From: Vibrio cholerae ATCC 14035
Lineage (GTDB): Bacteria; Pseudomonadota; Gammaproteobacteria; Enterobacterales; Vibrionaceae
DNA length: 32,000 bases
NCBI RefSeq assembly: GCF_000621645.1
Contig: NZ_KK211323.1
Location: 192,517-224,516, forward strand
Reading direction: 5' to 3'
Numbering within the stretch: the stretch's first letter is position 1; each line of letters starts with the position of its first letter. Shown piece after piece: positions 20,657 to 30,265 of this stretch. A program made the translations under genes and the position numbers. The notes under the pieces are model-generated. The model made no database searches. It was not told where the DNA came from and saw nothing but the letters and a program-made list of their open reading frames with translations.

Positions 20657-20668
20657 CATGAAGTATAA

Positions 20669-20696
20669 AGTTGTACAGAAAAAATCTTGTACAACT
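20669..20696. promoter_or_regulatory. 9-bp perfect inverted repeat with a TGTACA core in the operon leader (candidate operator)
   Basis: AGTTGTACA (20669-20677), a 10-nt spacer, then TGTACAACT (20688-20696). Further TTGTAA and TTGTATAAC copies occur at 20715-20720 and 20742-20750. The right arm overlaps a possible sigma-70 -35 (TTGTAC, with TATGGT 17 nt downstream). Confidence 0.45.
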
Positions 20697-20757
20697 TTAC
20701 AAACTCAACTATGGTTGTAATGCATTATACGAATCTTAAATTTGTATAACTTTAGGG

Positions 20758-21186
20758 ATGAGCATTATGGACGTACAACACGTCGCGCAGTTTTATCAAC
20801 AATTAGATAAAAGCCAATTACATAGGCTGATTGAAATCTATCATCCTGATGTGGTGTTTGAAGATGCCGCACATCGCATCGAAGGGTTTGACGCCCTTTA
20901 CCAGTATTTTTTGAATCTTTACCAAAACGTCCATACCTGTACTTTTACCATTCATGAGCAGTATGCGGTCAATGAGGGCGCGTTTTTGGTCTGGACCATG
21001 CATTTACGTCACCCAAAATTAGCCAAGGGCGAACAGGTGGATGTGAAAGGCGTGAGCCACTTGCACTTTGCCGAGGGCAAAGTGACCTACCATCGCGATT
21101 ATTTCGATATGGGGGAAATGCTTTATGAGCAATTGCCTGTGCTTGGGCAAGTTATCCGCGCGATTAAGCGGAGACTAGGACAATGA
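20758..21186 (+). CDS. NTF2/SnoaL-like small protein
   Basis: 142 aa. An alternative ATG at 20767 has better spacing to AGGGA. FYQQLDKSQLHRLIEIYHPDVVFEDAAHRIEGFDALYQYF is the typical SnoaL_2-type N-terminus. Its stop overlaps the next start (ATGA). Confidence 0.78.
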   Translation: MSIMDVQHVAQFYQQLDKSQLHRLIEIYHPDVVFEDAAHRIEGFDALYQYFLNLYQNVHTCTFTIHEQYAVNEGAFLVWTMHLRHPKLAKGEQVDVKGVSHLHFAEGKVTYHRDYFDMGEMLYEQLPVLGQVIRAIKRRLGQ

Positions 21187-21908
21187 CCGCGGTGTTCATT
21201 ACCGGTGCGACCTCCGGAATTGGTAAACAACTGGCGTTGGATTATGCCAAACAGGGTTGGCAAGTGATTGCGTGTGGACGTAATCAGTCGGTGTTAGACA
21301 GCTTACATACACAATATGCCAACATTTTTCCCTTGGCGTTTGATGTCACCGATCATCCCGGTACAAAAGCGGCATTAGCGCAGCTTCCATGTCAGCCGGA
21401 ACTCTGGATTTTAAATGCAGGCGATTGTGAGTACATCGACGATGGCAAGATGGATGTCACACTGATGGCACGTGTGTTCAATATCAATGTGCTTGGCGTA
21501 GCGGCGGTGATTGAAGGTATACAGCCACATTTGTCCTGTGGTCACCGTGTGGCGATTGTTGGCTCGATTGCCAGTGAGCTGGCCTTGCCGCGAGCAGAAG
21601 CTTATGGCGCTTCCAAAGCGGCCGTCGCTTATTTAGCACGAACGCTTCAACTCGATTGGCGTCCACTTGGTATCGAAGTCACCACCATTTTTCCGGGCTT
21701 TGTCGCCACACCACTCACGGATCGCAATACTTTTGCCATGCCCATGATCATCACAGTAGAGCGTGCCGCCCAGGAGATCAAAGCTGGCTTGGCGCGCGGT
21801 GTGTCACAACTCTATTTCCCTAAACGATTTACTTGGCTGATTCGGTTACTCGGTGCTTTGCCTTATGCATGGCAAGGTCGCTTAGTTCGACGTCTGTTGA
21901 AGGCTTAA
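21183..21908 (+). CDS. short-chain dehydrogenase/reductase
   Basis: Cofactor motif TGATSGIGKQLA and the catalytic YGASKAA (YxxxK). 241 aa. Confidence 0.9.
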   Translation: MTAVFITGATSGIGKQLALDYAKQGWQVIACGRNQSVLDSLHTQYANIFPLAFDVTDHPGTKAALAQLPCQPELWILNAGDCEYIDDGKMDVTLMARVFNINVLGVAAVIEGIQPHLSCGHRVAIVGSIASELALPRAEAYGASKAAVAYLARTLQLDWRPLGIEVTTIFPGFVATPLTDRNTFAMPMIITVERAAQEIKAGLARGVSQLYFPKRFTWLIRLLGALPYAWQGRLVRRLLKA

Positions 21909-21921
21909 TAAGGATTTTTTG

Positions 21922-23199
21922 ATGAAAATTGCAATCATTGGCTCGGGCATTTCAGGTTTAACCTGTGGTTACTATCTGCACCGTTATCACGATATCACCC
22001 TATTCGAAGCCAATGACTACATTGGTGGGCACACTGCGACGGTGGATGTTGAGCTTGCGGGTAAGCCGTACGCAGTGGATACGGGCTTTATCGTTTATAA
22101 CGACAGAACCTATCCCAATTTCATCAAAATGATGGATGAGATTGGCGTGCAAGGTAAACCGACGCAGATGAGCTTCAGTGTGCGTAATGATGCTAACGGT
22201 TTGGAGTACAACGGGCATACCCTGACGACCTTATTCGCTCAAAAACGTAACTGGCTGAATCCAAAGTTTTATCGTTTTATCGCGGAGATTTTACGCTTTA
22301 ACCGTTTAACGAAAGCGTGCGTCGATAATCAATTGGCGAATGAGCAAACCTTAGGTGATTTTCTGGCTCAGCATCAGTTTTCTGAATACTTCTGTGAAAA
22401 CTACATTCTACCCATGGGGGCGGCGATTTGGTCTTCCTCTCTGGCGGATATGCGAGCTTTCCCTCTGATGTTTTTCGCGCGCTTTTTCCTAAACCATGGC
22501 CTACTGGATGTCACCAATCGTCCACAGTGGTATGTGATCCCCGGCGGTTCGCGCAGTTATATTGCGCCTTTAACCCAAGGATTTGGCGATCGCATCCGCC
22601 TCAATAGCGCGGTCACTCAAGTGAAGCGTTTACCAAGTGGGGTAGAGGTTGTGGTCAATGGTCGGAGTGAGCGTTTTGATGAGGTGATTTTTGCTTGCCA
22701 TAGCGACCAAGCTCTTGCCATGCTCAGTGATGCAAGTTCCACCGAACAACAACTGCTGTCTGCACTCGCTTATCAGGCGAATGAAGTGGTGCTCCATACG
22801 GATACTCGTCTGCTGCCCAAACGTAAAGCGGCTTGGGCGGCTTGGAATTACTGGTTGAAAGGTGAAGCCAATCAAGAAACGCGTTTGCCATCTTTGACCT
22901 ACAACATGAATATTTTGCAGCATATTGAAGCGCCTGAGACGTTCTGCGTCACACTCAATAGTAGTGAGGACATTGATCCGAGCAAGATACTGCGCCGATT
23001 TACCTATCATCACCCGGTGTTTTCTCGTCCTGCGATTGAAGCGCAGCAGAAAAAAGCGCAGATCAGCGGTGTCAACCATACTTGGTTTTGTGGCGCATAC
23101 TGGCATAACGGCTTTCATGAGGATGGGGTACGCAGTGCGCTGGATGTGGTGACCCAATTGGAAGCTTACGCACAGCGCAGTGAGCAAGGAGCGGCCTAA
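21922..23199 (+). CDS. NAD/FAD-binding oxidoreductase (amine-oxidase / phytoene-desaturase-like, COG2907 type)
   Basis: ATG 21922 lies 7 nt after AAGGA. MKIAIIGSGISGLTCGYYL...FEANDYIGGH is a Rossmann GxGxxG dinucleotide fold. About 425 aa. Confidence 0.9.
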   Translation: MKIAIIGSGISGLTCGYYLHRYHDITLFEANDYIGGHTATVDVELAGKPYAVDTGFIVYNDRTYPNFIKMMDEIGVQGKPTQMSFSVRNDANGLEYNGHTLTTLFAQKRNWLNPKFYRFIAEILRFNRLTKACVDNQLANEQTLGDFLAQHQFSEYFCENYILPMGAAIWSSSLADMRAFPLMFFARFFLNHGLLDVTNRPQWYVIPGGSRSYIAPLTQGFGDRIRLNSAVTQVKRLPSGVEVVVNGRSERFDEVIFACHSDQALAMLSDASSTEQQLLSALAYQANEVVLHTDTRLLPKRKAAWAAWNYWLKGEANQETRLPSLTYNMNILQHIEAPETFCVTLNSSEDIDPSKILRRFTYHHPVFSRPAIEAQQKKAQISGVNHTWFCGAYWHNGFHEDGVRSALDVVTQLEAYAQRSEQGAA

Positions 23200-24008
23200 T
23201 GCCTGTGCCCCAAGATAGCACCGAGTGGCAAAGTTGTTTGATGGTTGGACAAGTCAGACATCGACGTTTTACGCCGGTCGAGCACGCACTCAACTATCCG
23301 CTGTTTATGCCTTGTATTGATTTAGATGAATGGCCACAGTTGGCGGATAAAGTGTGGGGATTGGGTGAGCGTTGGTGGCATTGGGCGCGTTTTCGCCGTG
23401 AAGATTACCTCGGGCAAGGCCCGCTCAAACAAGCAGTACTTGATAAGATCGAGCAACTGACGGGAGAGCGAATAGAAGGCGGCAGAGTGGTGGCTTTGCT
23501 GCACCTGCGCTATCTCGGAATCTATTTTAGCCCAGTCAACTTTTACTACGTCTATGATAGCGAAAAGCGTTGGCGTTATTTGTTGGCTGAAGTCAGCAAT
23601 ACCCCGTGGAATGAGCGCCACTACTATGCGGTTCCAGCACAAGCAGCATTAACCTCAGAAGAGGCTGCCGTGATTGAATGGCAGCATGCGAAAGCGTTTC
23701 ATGTTTCGCCATTCAATCCCATCGAACAGAGATACTGCTGGAAAATTAAACCCTTAACTCGCGCGCTGATGATCCATCTTGAGTGTCATCGTAGTAATAA
23801 AGAGTTTGATGCTACCTTAGCGATGCAGGCTGAACCCTTGAGCGCAAGCAATTTATTACCTCGATTGATCAAAACGCCGATCATGGCAGTAAAAGTGGTA
23901 TTGGGCATTTATTGGCACGCTTTCAAATTGTGGCGCAAAGGTGCCCCGTTTTATGCGCACCCAGACCAAACTCAGAACAATAATAAGGAGCAACCTCATG
24001 TTAAATAG
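23199..24008 (+). CDS. DUF1365-family protein
   Basis: The start overlaps the previous stop (TAATG). GQVRHRRFTPVEHALNYPLFMPCIDLDE is the characteristic DUF1365 N-terminal signature. 269 aa. Confidence 0.85.
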   Translation: MPVPQDSTEWQSCLMVGQVRHRRFTPVEHALNYPLFMPCIDLDEWPQLADKVWGLGERWWHWARFRREDYLGQGPLKQAVLDKIEQLTGERIEGGRVVALLHLRYLGIYFSPVNFYYVYDSEKRWRYLLAEVSNTPWNERHYYAVPAQAALTSEEAAVIEWQHAKAFHVSPFNPIEQRYCWKIKPLTRALMIHLECHRSNKEFDATLAMQAEPLSASNLLPRLIKTPIMAVKVVLGIYWHAFKLWRKGAPFYAHPDQTQNNNKEQPHVK

Positions 24009-25239
24009 CTCGTCGATGGAAATATCCCGCTCTCTCACCAGTTGGCAGAAAGGTGCCCGCAGTATTATTCACCGTGCATTACAGTATCTCGAAGGCAATT
24101 TAACAGTGATAGAACATTTCCCCGATCAAACCCAAACCACGCATGAACAATTTGGCCAAGATAAGCCCGATGCCATTCATGCCGTGATTGAAATTAAACA
24201 CCCGGATTTTTACAGCCGAGTATTGAAGGGCGGGAGTATTGCTGCCGCAGAAGCTTACATGGAAGGGTGGTGGGAAAGCCCTAATCTGACGGCCTTGATG
24301 CAGTTGATGGCTGCCAACCTCGGTACGCTGGATAAGCTAGAAAGTCAAAGTAGTCCTGTGACTCAATGGTTAAACCGTTTCACTCACTGGCTCAAACGCA
24401 ACACCATAGATCAAGCCAAAGATAATATTCACCAGCACTATGATTTGGGGAATGAGCTTTATCAACTGTTCCTCGATGAAGAGATGCTTTACTCCAGCGC
24501 GCTGTTTACCCAACCTGAGCTCTCACTAGAGCAGGCGCAGCAAGCCAAAATGCAGCGTTTGTGTGAGCAACTACAACTGAAACCGACCGATCACGTGTTA
24601 GAAATTGGTACGGGGTGGGGCGCGATGGCGATTTACATGGCGCAGCACTATGGCTGTAAGGTCACCACCACCACCATTTCGGAAGAGCAGTATGCTTACG
24701 CACAGCAAAAAATTACGGCACTTGGGCTAAATAACCAAATTACCCTGCTCAAACAAGATTACCGTTTGCTGAGCGGTCAGTATGACAAGTTGGTATCGAT
24801 TGAAATGATTGAAGCGGTGGGTAAGGCCTACTTGCCGACGTTTTTGAGCCAATGTTATGCGTTACTGAAGCCGCGCGGCAAAATGGCGATTCAGGCAATC
24901 ACCATTGCCGATCAGCGTTATGAAAGCTACAGCAATAACGTGGACTTTATTCAGAAATACATTTTCCCCGGCGGTTTTTTGCCTTCGATCAGTGTGTTGA
25001 CCGAATTAGCCACCAAACGAACTGGGTTGGTGTTGCGTAACTTGCATGACATCGGCATAGATTACGCACTGACGTTGCAACACTGGCGTGACCGATTTGA
25101 GCAGCAATTGCCGAAAGTACGTGATCTTGGGTATGACGAACGTTTCATCCGTATGTGGCGTTATTACTTTTGTTACTGCGAAGGTGGCTTTTTAGCCCGT
25201 AGCATCAGTACCGTGCACATGACTTTTGAACGAGATTAA
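23998..25239 (+). CDS. cyclopropane-fatty-acyl-phospholipid-synthase-like SAM-dependent methyltransferase
   Basis: ATG 23998 lies 7 nt after AAGGAG. The track extension back to 23941 lies inside the previous gene. HYDLGNELYQLFLD, the SAM motif VLEIGTGWGAMAIYMAQHYGCKVTTTTIS, and IFPGGFLPS are present. It is colinear with Cfa and has an N-terminal extension. Confidence 0.9.
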   Translation: MLNSSSMEISRSLTSWQKGARSIIHRALQYLEGNLTVIEHFPDQTQTTHEQFGQDKPDAIHAVIEIKHPDFYSRVLKGGSIAAAEAYMEGWWESPNLTALMQLMAANLGTLDKLESQSSPVTQWLNRFTHWLKRNTIDQAKDNIHQHYDLGNELYQLFLDEEMLYSSALFTQPELSLEQAQQAKMQRLCEQLQLKPTDHVLEIGTGWGAMAIYMAQHYGCKVTTTTISEEQYAYAQQKITALGLNNQITLLKQDYRLLSGQYDKLVSIEMIEAVGKAYLPTFLSQCYALLKPRGKMAIQAITIADQRYESYSNNVDFIQKYIFPGGFLPSISVLTELATKRTGLVLRNLHDIGIDYALTLQHWRDRFEQQLPKVRDLGYDERFIRMWRYYFCYCEGGFLARSISTVHMTFERD

Positions 25240-25241
25240 TC

Positions 25242-25781
25242 ATGGCGTTAGTGGCGATATCATTATGGTTTGACCTGCTCTGGGCACTGGCTGTCTTGGG
25301 GCAGCAAACCTGGTTATGGCTCACCACATTACTGGTGGTTGCCACCTATGGCTTAACGGCAATCCAGCGCCATCCGCTGTTTGAAAAAATGGTTTGGATG
25401 GCGGTGGTTGGCATCATGATAGACAGCAGCAATATGCTGCTTGGGTTACTCACCTTTGCCGACGATCAATTTCCACTTTGGTTGGTGGCACTCTGGTTTG
25501 CGTTTACTTGGTATGCAGGCCACTTACTGCCGCAGCTTAACCAATATTCCCATACTCTTCTGTGTCTCGCCGGAGGCGTTTTGGGAAGTTTAAGTTATTG
25601 GTTTGGTTACCGAATGGGCGCGGTTGGTTGGGAATACCCCACCTTTATCGTCATGTTGGCACTGTTTTTGGAATGGATAGGTATCACTTGGTTACTGTTG
25701 AAGGTAATGAGGCATGAAAAAAGGACTTATAACCCTATTCGTTTTGCTCGCGAGCGGACTTGGTTACGCCGCCGTCGCTAA
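25242..25781 (+). CDS. DUF2878-family integral membrane protein
   Basis: 179 aa, starting 2 nt after the methyltransferase stop. It has 4-5 hydrophobic, Trp-rich helices. The last 68 nt overlap the next gene. Confidence 0.7.
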   Translation: MALVAISLWFDLLWALAVLGQQTWLWLTTLLVVATYGLTAIQRHPLFEKMVWMAVVGIMIDSSNMLLGLLTFADDQFPLWLVALWFAFTWYAGHLLPQLNQYSHTLLCLAGGVLGSLSYWFGYRMGAVGWEYPTFIVMLALFLEWIGITWLLLKVMRHEKRTYNPIRFARERTWLRRRR

Positions 25782-26280
25782 TGCGGCGCAAGCGGAGCAT
25801 AAAACTTTCCAGCGATGGGCAGAATGGCCAGTTGTTGGGCAGGCCACCCTTTCATGGCTGTGGCTGGATATCTACTCCTCGCAGTTGCGAGCGCCTGATG
25901 GCCTGTATCATGAGTCGCAAGATGTCTCGCCACATCCTGTTGCTCTTGAGATCCGTTATTTGCGCGATATCAGCAGTAAACAGTTGGTGGATGCTACTGA
26001 GGATCAGTGGCGAAAACTGGGATTCACCGCACCGCAAACCCAAGCGTGGTTGAAGCAACTGCAGCAAATACTGCCGGATGTCGCGACGGGAGATCGCCTA
26101 GTGTATGTCTCTGATGGGCAGCGCGGAGAGTTTTTCTTTAGTCGCCAACAACAGACGGAACGTTCGGTAGGCCGCATTGATGATGAAGCGTTTAATGATG
26201 CTTTTCTCTCCATTTGGCTGTCGCCGCAAACGGAATATTTAACCTTGCGTAATCAATTGATAGGAATGAATCGACCATGA
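25714..26280 (+). CDS. secreted chalcone-isomerase-fold (Chalcone_3-like) protein
   Basis: RBS TGAGG. Signal peptide MKKGLITLFVLLASGLGYAAVANA. The pattern WLWLDIYSSQL...ALEIRYLRDI...GDRLVY...FNDAFLSIWLSP...LRNQLIGM fits bacterial CHI-like proteins. Confidence 0.72.
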   Translation: MKKGLITLFVLLASGLGYAAVANAAQAEHKTFQRWAEWPVVGQATLSWLWLDIYSSQLRAPDGLYHESQDVSPHPVALEIRYLRDISSKQLVDATEDQWRKLGFTAPQTQAWLKQLQQILPDVATGDRLVYVSDGQRGEFFFSRQQQTERSVGRIDDEAFNDAFLSIWLSPQTEYLTLRNQLIGMNRP

Positions 26281-26804
26281 GATTGGCTAAATGTTGGCTA
26301 TTACTGCTCTGTATCTGGCTTAGTGGATGTTCGGCAGAGATTGATGATTATCGTGCGACGACGCCTAAGTTTGATCTCTTCAATTACTTTGTCGGAACGA
26401 CACATGCGTGGGGTATGGTGCAAGACTATACCGAGAAGCAGACGCGCCGTTTTGAGGTGGTAATTGAAGGTCGGATTGAGAATAACCAACTGATTTTAGT
26501 CGAAGACTTCGTGTTTGATGATGGGGAAAAGGATCAACGGATCTGGACGATTAACCGAACGGCTGATGATGCGTACGAAGGACGAGCGGATGACATTGTT
26601 GGAACGGCTCGCGGTAAAGAAGTGGGTAATGCACTGCAGTGGCAATACGATTTTGTGTTGAAACTCGACAGCGGCGATGTGCAAGTACACTTCGATGACT
26701 GGCTGTATCGACAAGATGACAAGCGGGTATTTAATTTAACCAAAATTCGCAAATTTGGTCTTGAAGTCGGTCGGATTACTCTGTTTTTTGAAAAGCAGGA
26801 GTGA
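26277..26804 (+). CDS. DUF3833-family lipoprotein (lipocalin-like)
   Basis: ATGA overlap with the previous stop. Lipobox LLLLCIWLSGC. PKFDLFNYFVGTTHAWGMVQD...RRFEVVIEG...DDGEKDQRIW...VHFDDWLY...FGLEVGRITLFFEK matches my recollection of DUF3833. Confidence 0.72.
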   Translation: MRLAKCWLLLLCIWLSGCSAEIDDYRATTPKFDLFNYFVGTTHAWGMVQDYTEKQTRRFEVVIEGRIENNQLILVEDFVFDDGEKDQRIWTINRTADDAYEGRADDIVGTARGKEVGNALQWQYDFVLKLDSGDVQVHFDDWLYRQDDKRVFNLTKIRKFGLEVGRITLFFEKQE

Positions 26805-26846
26805 AACGGTCTGGTATAAACCAAGTCGATAAGTCGTCGATAAGTA

Positions 26847-26870
26847 AAAGGGGAGCCGTTGCTCCCCTTA
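26847..26870. terminator. terminator hairpin shared by the 8-gene operon and purB (stronger in the purB direction)
   Basis: AAAA-GGGGAGC-cgtt-GCTCCCC-TTA. On the minus strand the stem is followed by TTTT. Confidence 0.7.
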
Positions 26871-26894
26871 GTCATTTGGTCTCTCTTGTCGAGA

Positions 26895-28286
<1,392 letters not shown>

Positions 28287-28322
28287 TTAAAGGTGTGAGT
28301 AATTCGAGTGGGTAGTCATCAC

Positions 28323-28940
28323 TTAGATTCGCGCTAACAAAATCTGCGCTTGTTCGATCATCTTTTTACGACCGAAAATCAGGTGACGACGGCGTCCACC
28401 AACCTGACGCCACAATACGGCGCAGCGGATCCCTGACAGGAGTAGGGCGCGCACTTTGTGCTGGTTAGCGGTTTGCTGTAATACGGCTGGAGTGCCAGTC
28501 ACTTGAATGCGCGGGCCAATTGGGCTAATCACATCAAGGTAAATGCTGGCGAGGTTACTGATCATTTGATCATCAAATAAGTCAAAATGGTCAAGCTGAC
28601 GCTCAATCATTTGAATGCGGTCACCGAGTTGGCTCATGGCATCGCGGCGACCACTTAATTTACGCTCAAGCGCCATTAGGCTGATCAGGTAACGGGTGAT
28701 TTCGCTACCTGATGGCGTGCTGTCAATCCCTTTGACCAAGCACTCTAAGCCGAGCTTGAGCTGACTTTCGTGACCGAAAACTTCAAGCGTGTTACTTGGA
28801 TTGGTACAAGTAATCGCTTTGAGCGACGTTTCAAACGCATCAGAATCACAGTACCCATTTTTGGCGACTTGCTGCACAAGTGCCACTGCCTGACAAATGC
28901 CAGCGAAAGCGATGGTACGGTCGTAAATTGCGTTAGCCAC
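28323..28940 (-). CDS. hflD: high-frequency-of-lysogenisation protein HflD
   Basis: 205 aa. [17 protein letters not shown]...[12 protein letters not shown]...[16 protein letters not shown] is colinear with E. coli HflD. The mnmA-hflD-purB order is conserved. Confidence 0.9.
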   Translation of the reverse strand: MANAIYDRTIAFAGICQAVALVQQVAKNGYCDSDAFETSLKAITCTNPSNTLEVFGHESQLKLGLECLVKGIDSTPSGSEITRYLISLMALERKLSGRRDAMSQLGDRIQMIERQLDHFDLFDDQMISNLASIYLDVISPIGPRIQVTGTPAVLQQTANQHKVRALLLSGIRCAVLWRQVGGRRRHLIFGRKKMIEQAQILLARI

Positions 28941-28962
28941 GTAAATCTCCTAAAAATTGACT

Positions 28963-30078
28963 TTAAATGCGCTCTTCAATAATGCCGCCACCAAGGCAGA
29001 TTTCACCTTGATAAAAGACGGCGGATTGTCCCGGAGTCACGGCCACTTGTGGCTCGTCAAACATCACCTTGATGCGGTCATCACTCAGGGGAATGATGGT
29101 ACAAGCGATGTCACTTTGACGATAACGCGTCTTCACGCTGCAACGTACAGGTTCTGTGATGGGGGTGCGATCAACCCAATGTAACTGAGCCGCCACCAAA
29201 CCATGCGATTTGAGTAGGGGATGATCCGCGCCTTGTACCGCGATGAGTACGTTGCGTTTGAGATCTTTATCCGCCACATACCATGGCTGTTCGCTGCTCT
29301 CTTTCATACCACCAATGTGCAGACCTTTACGCTGTCCGAGAGTGTGGTACATCAAGCCTTGGTGCTCACCAATCACTTTGCCTTCCGGGGTTTCAATTTT
29401 ACCCGGTTGGGCTGGCAAATAGCGAGATAAGAAGTCGGTAAATTTGCGTTCACCGATAAAACAAATACCGGTTGAATCTTTCTTCTTCGCGGTAATTAAG
29501 CCTTGTTCTTCGGCAATGCGGCGTACTTCAGGTTTTTCTAGTTCACCTACTGGGAATAGGGTACGCGCCACTTGCTCATGACTCAGAGTATAAAGGAAGT
29601 AGCTTTGGTCTTTATTACCGTCTAAACCGCGCAGCATTTGCGGTTTTTCGCCATTCTGCGGGAAGGTGCGACGCACATAGTGCCCCATAGCAATGTAGTC
29701 CGCATCCAGCACTTCATCAGCAAATTCTAAGAAGGCTTTAAATTTGATCTCTTTATTACACAAAATATCTGGGTTAGGAGTACGTCCCGCCTTATATTCC
29801 GCGAGGAAGTATTCAAATACGTTATCCCAGTATTCTGCTGCGAAGTTAATGGTATGAAGTGGGATGCCGAGTTTGTCACACACCGCCTGAGCATCTGCTA
29901 AATCTTCTGCCGCAGTACAATACTCTTCGTTATCGTCTTCTTCCCAGTTTTTCATAAACAGGCCTTCCACTTGGTAACCCTGTTGCTTGAGAAGATAGGC
30001 TGAAACAGAGGAATCAACCCCTCCAGACATACCGACAATCACTTTCTTTTGGCTGTTTGCGCTGTGCTCTACAGACAT
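28963..30078 (-). CDS. mnmA: tRNA 2-thiouridine(34) synthase (tRNA-specific 2-thiouridylase)
   Basis: The track start is GTG 30081; the adjacent ATG 30078 is likelier. [20 protein letters not shown] (PP-loop), [18 protein letters not shown] and [11 protein letters not shown] are present. It is colinear with E. coli MnmA. Confidence 0.96.
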   Translation of the reverse strand: MSVEHSANSQKKVIVGMSGGVDSSVSAYLLKQQGYQVEGLFMKNWEEDDNEEYCTAAEDLADAQAVCDKLGIPLHTINFAAEYWDNVFEYFLAEYKAGRTPNPDILCNKEIKFKAFLEFADEVLDADYIAMGHYVRRTFPQNGEKPQMLRGLDGNKDQSYFLYTLSHEQVARTLFPVGELEKPEVRRIAEEQGLITAKKKDSTGICFIGERKFTDFLSRYLPAQPGKIETPEGKVIGEHQGLMYHTLGQRKGLHIGGMKESSEQPWYVADKDLKRNVLIAVQGADHPLLKSHGLVAAQLHWVDRTPITEPVRCSVKTRYRQSDIACTIIPLSDDRIKVMFDEPQVAVTPGQSAVFYQGEICLGGGIIEERI

Positions 30079-30249
30079 CACTTATCTACCACTTGAGGAA
30101 CTTGGACGGGGATTCTAACAGAAAGAATTTTTCGAGGACAGATCCGAGACGCTAATCACACTTCCCCGAACCTAAACGCTATGTTGCTAACCTATTGAAT
30201 CACTTGTGCTCCAAGCGCTAAGAGAAGAGCGCGAAATAAAATCCTCAGC

Positions 30250-30265
30250 GTGCAAACGTTTGCTT
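30250..30265. promoter_or_regulatory. candidate PurR box upstream of gsk
   Basis: GTGCAAACGTTTGCTT matches the PurR consensus ACGCAAACGTTTGCGT at 13/16. The 12-bp core GCAAACGTTTGC (30252-30263) is a perfect palindrome. It lies 12 nt upstream of a possible -35 (TTGCTG 30277-30282; -10 TAGAAT 30300-30305). Confidence 0.55.

Noticed and set aside
22630-23187. 185-aa minus-strand ORF antisense to the FAD oxidoreductase, and 106-aa ORF 23322-23642 antisense to the DUF1365 gene
   Set aside because: These are shadow ORFs with no RBS and no family resemblance, and the sense-strand genes are well supported.
23769-23792. Second TGATCC...CGTA motif inside the DUF1365 gene, considered as an internal ECF promoter for the methyltransferase
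   Set aside because: The spacer is only 14 nt rather than 16-17, and the motif lies in constrained coding sequence. It is probably a chance match.
23941-23997. N-terminal extension of the Cfa-like ORF in the track (MPRFMRTQTKLRTIIRSNL)
   Set aside because: It overlaps the DUF1365 C-terminus. ATG 23998 has an AAGGAG RBS at ideal spacing.
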